Positions 63,235 to 64,000 of a stretch of 64,000 bases of DNA are shown here, piece by piece (position 1 is the stretch's first letter; every line of letters begins with the position of its first letter). This DNA comes from Strigamia acuminata. Lineage: Eukaryota. The stretch spans positions 10,044,001 through 10,108,000 of the forward strand of contig OX442314.1 of assembly GCA_949358305.1 (NCBI GenBank). Direction: 5' to 3'. The notes under the pieces were generated by a model that did no database searches, was not told the origin of the DNA, and saw only the letters and a list, made by a program, of their open reading frames with translations. Position numbers and translations under genes: made by a program.

Positions 63235-64000
63235 ACAAAATCTGGTTAAATTCCAATAAAATCTGATCAAATTCCAATAAAATCCGATCAAATTCCAATA
63301 AAATCCGATCAAATTCCAATAAAATCTGATCAAATTCCAATAAAATCCGATCAAATTCCAATAAAATTTGATCAAATTCCAATAAAATCTGATCAAATTC
63401 CAATAAAATCTGATGAAATGTCACAAAATTTCAGTAAAATCTGAAGAAATATCACAAAATTTAAGTAAAAAATTATGAAATATCACAAAATTTCAGTAAA
63501 AAATTATGAAATATCACAAAATTTCAGTAAAATATTATGAAATATCACAAAATTTCAGTAAAATCTGAAGAAATATCACAAAATTTCAGTAAAATCTGAA
63601 GAAATATCACAAAATAGTAAAATTTGAAGAAATATCACAAAATTTCAGTAAAATATTATGAAATATCACAAAATTTCAGTACAATATTATGAAATATCAC
63701 AAAATTTCAGTAAAATATTATGAAATATCACAAAATTTCAGTAAAATATTATGAAATATCACAAAATTTCAGTAAAATATTATGAAATATCACAAAATTT
63801 CAGTAAAATATTATGAAATATCACAAAATTTCAGTAAAATATTATGAAATATCACAAAATTTCAGTAAAATATTATGAAATATCACAAAATTTCAGTAAA
63901 ATATTATGAAATATCACAAAATTTCAGTAAAATATTATGAAATATCTCAAAATTTCAGTAAAATATTATGAAATATCACAAAATTTCAGTAAAATCTGAT
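63235..64000. repeat. Minisatellites, 21-bp then 31-bp units (run off the window end)
   Basis: aaattccaataaaatccgatc copies, then gaaatatcacaaaatttcagtaaaatattat copies. Confidence 0.95.

Overview
This is AT-rich, gene-dense, intron-containing animal DNA. It is probably from a protostome invertebrate, possibly a non-insect arthropod, but the species cannot be identified from sequence alone. Hand-splicing at GT-AG sites supports about 15 protein-coding genes, in order: RBM25-like 5' end (-), a divergent TSSK-like kinase (-), TEDC1 (+), CGRRF1 (-), an astacin-CBM14 fusion with inactivating substitutions (-), a DD35D pogo/POGK-like gene (-), COQ8 (+), an unknown small gene (-), KIF16B (+), STYX (-), a C6orf120 homologue (+), GNMT (-), Aven (-), TAF6L (-) and YLPM1 (+). 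Several pairs are head-to-head across short promoters. Most long introns carry their own A/T-tract minisatellite, and unit lengths cluster at 10, 20-22, 30-31, 41 and 61 bp, i.e. multiples of one helical turn (reminiscent of nematode PATCs). Other introns hold nested DNA-transposon relics (hAT, Tc2/pogo, Harbinger-like, MULE). The most notable observations are the helically phased intronic arrays, the probably inactive chitin-binding astacin, the apparently domesticated pogo transposase sharing a promoter with COQ8, an orphan ABCG Walker-A exon fragment, and a gene set suggesting deep macrosynteny. All gene identities come from recalled motif similarity, not database searches, and the exon boundaries are hand-derived.
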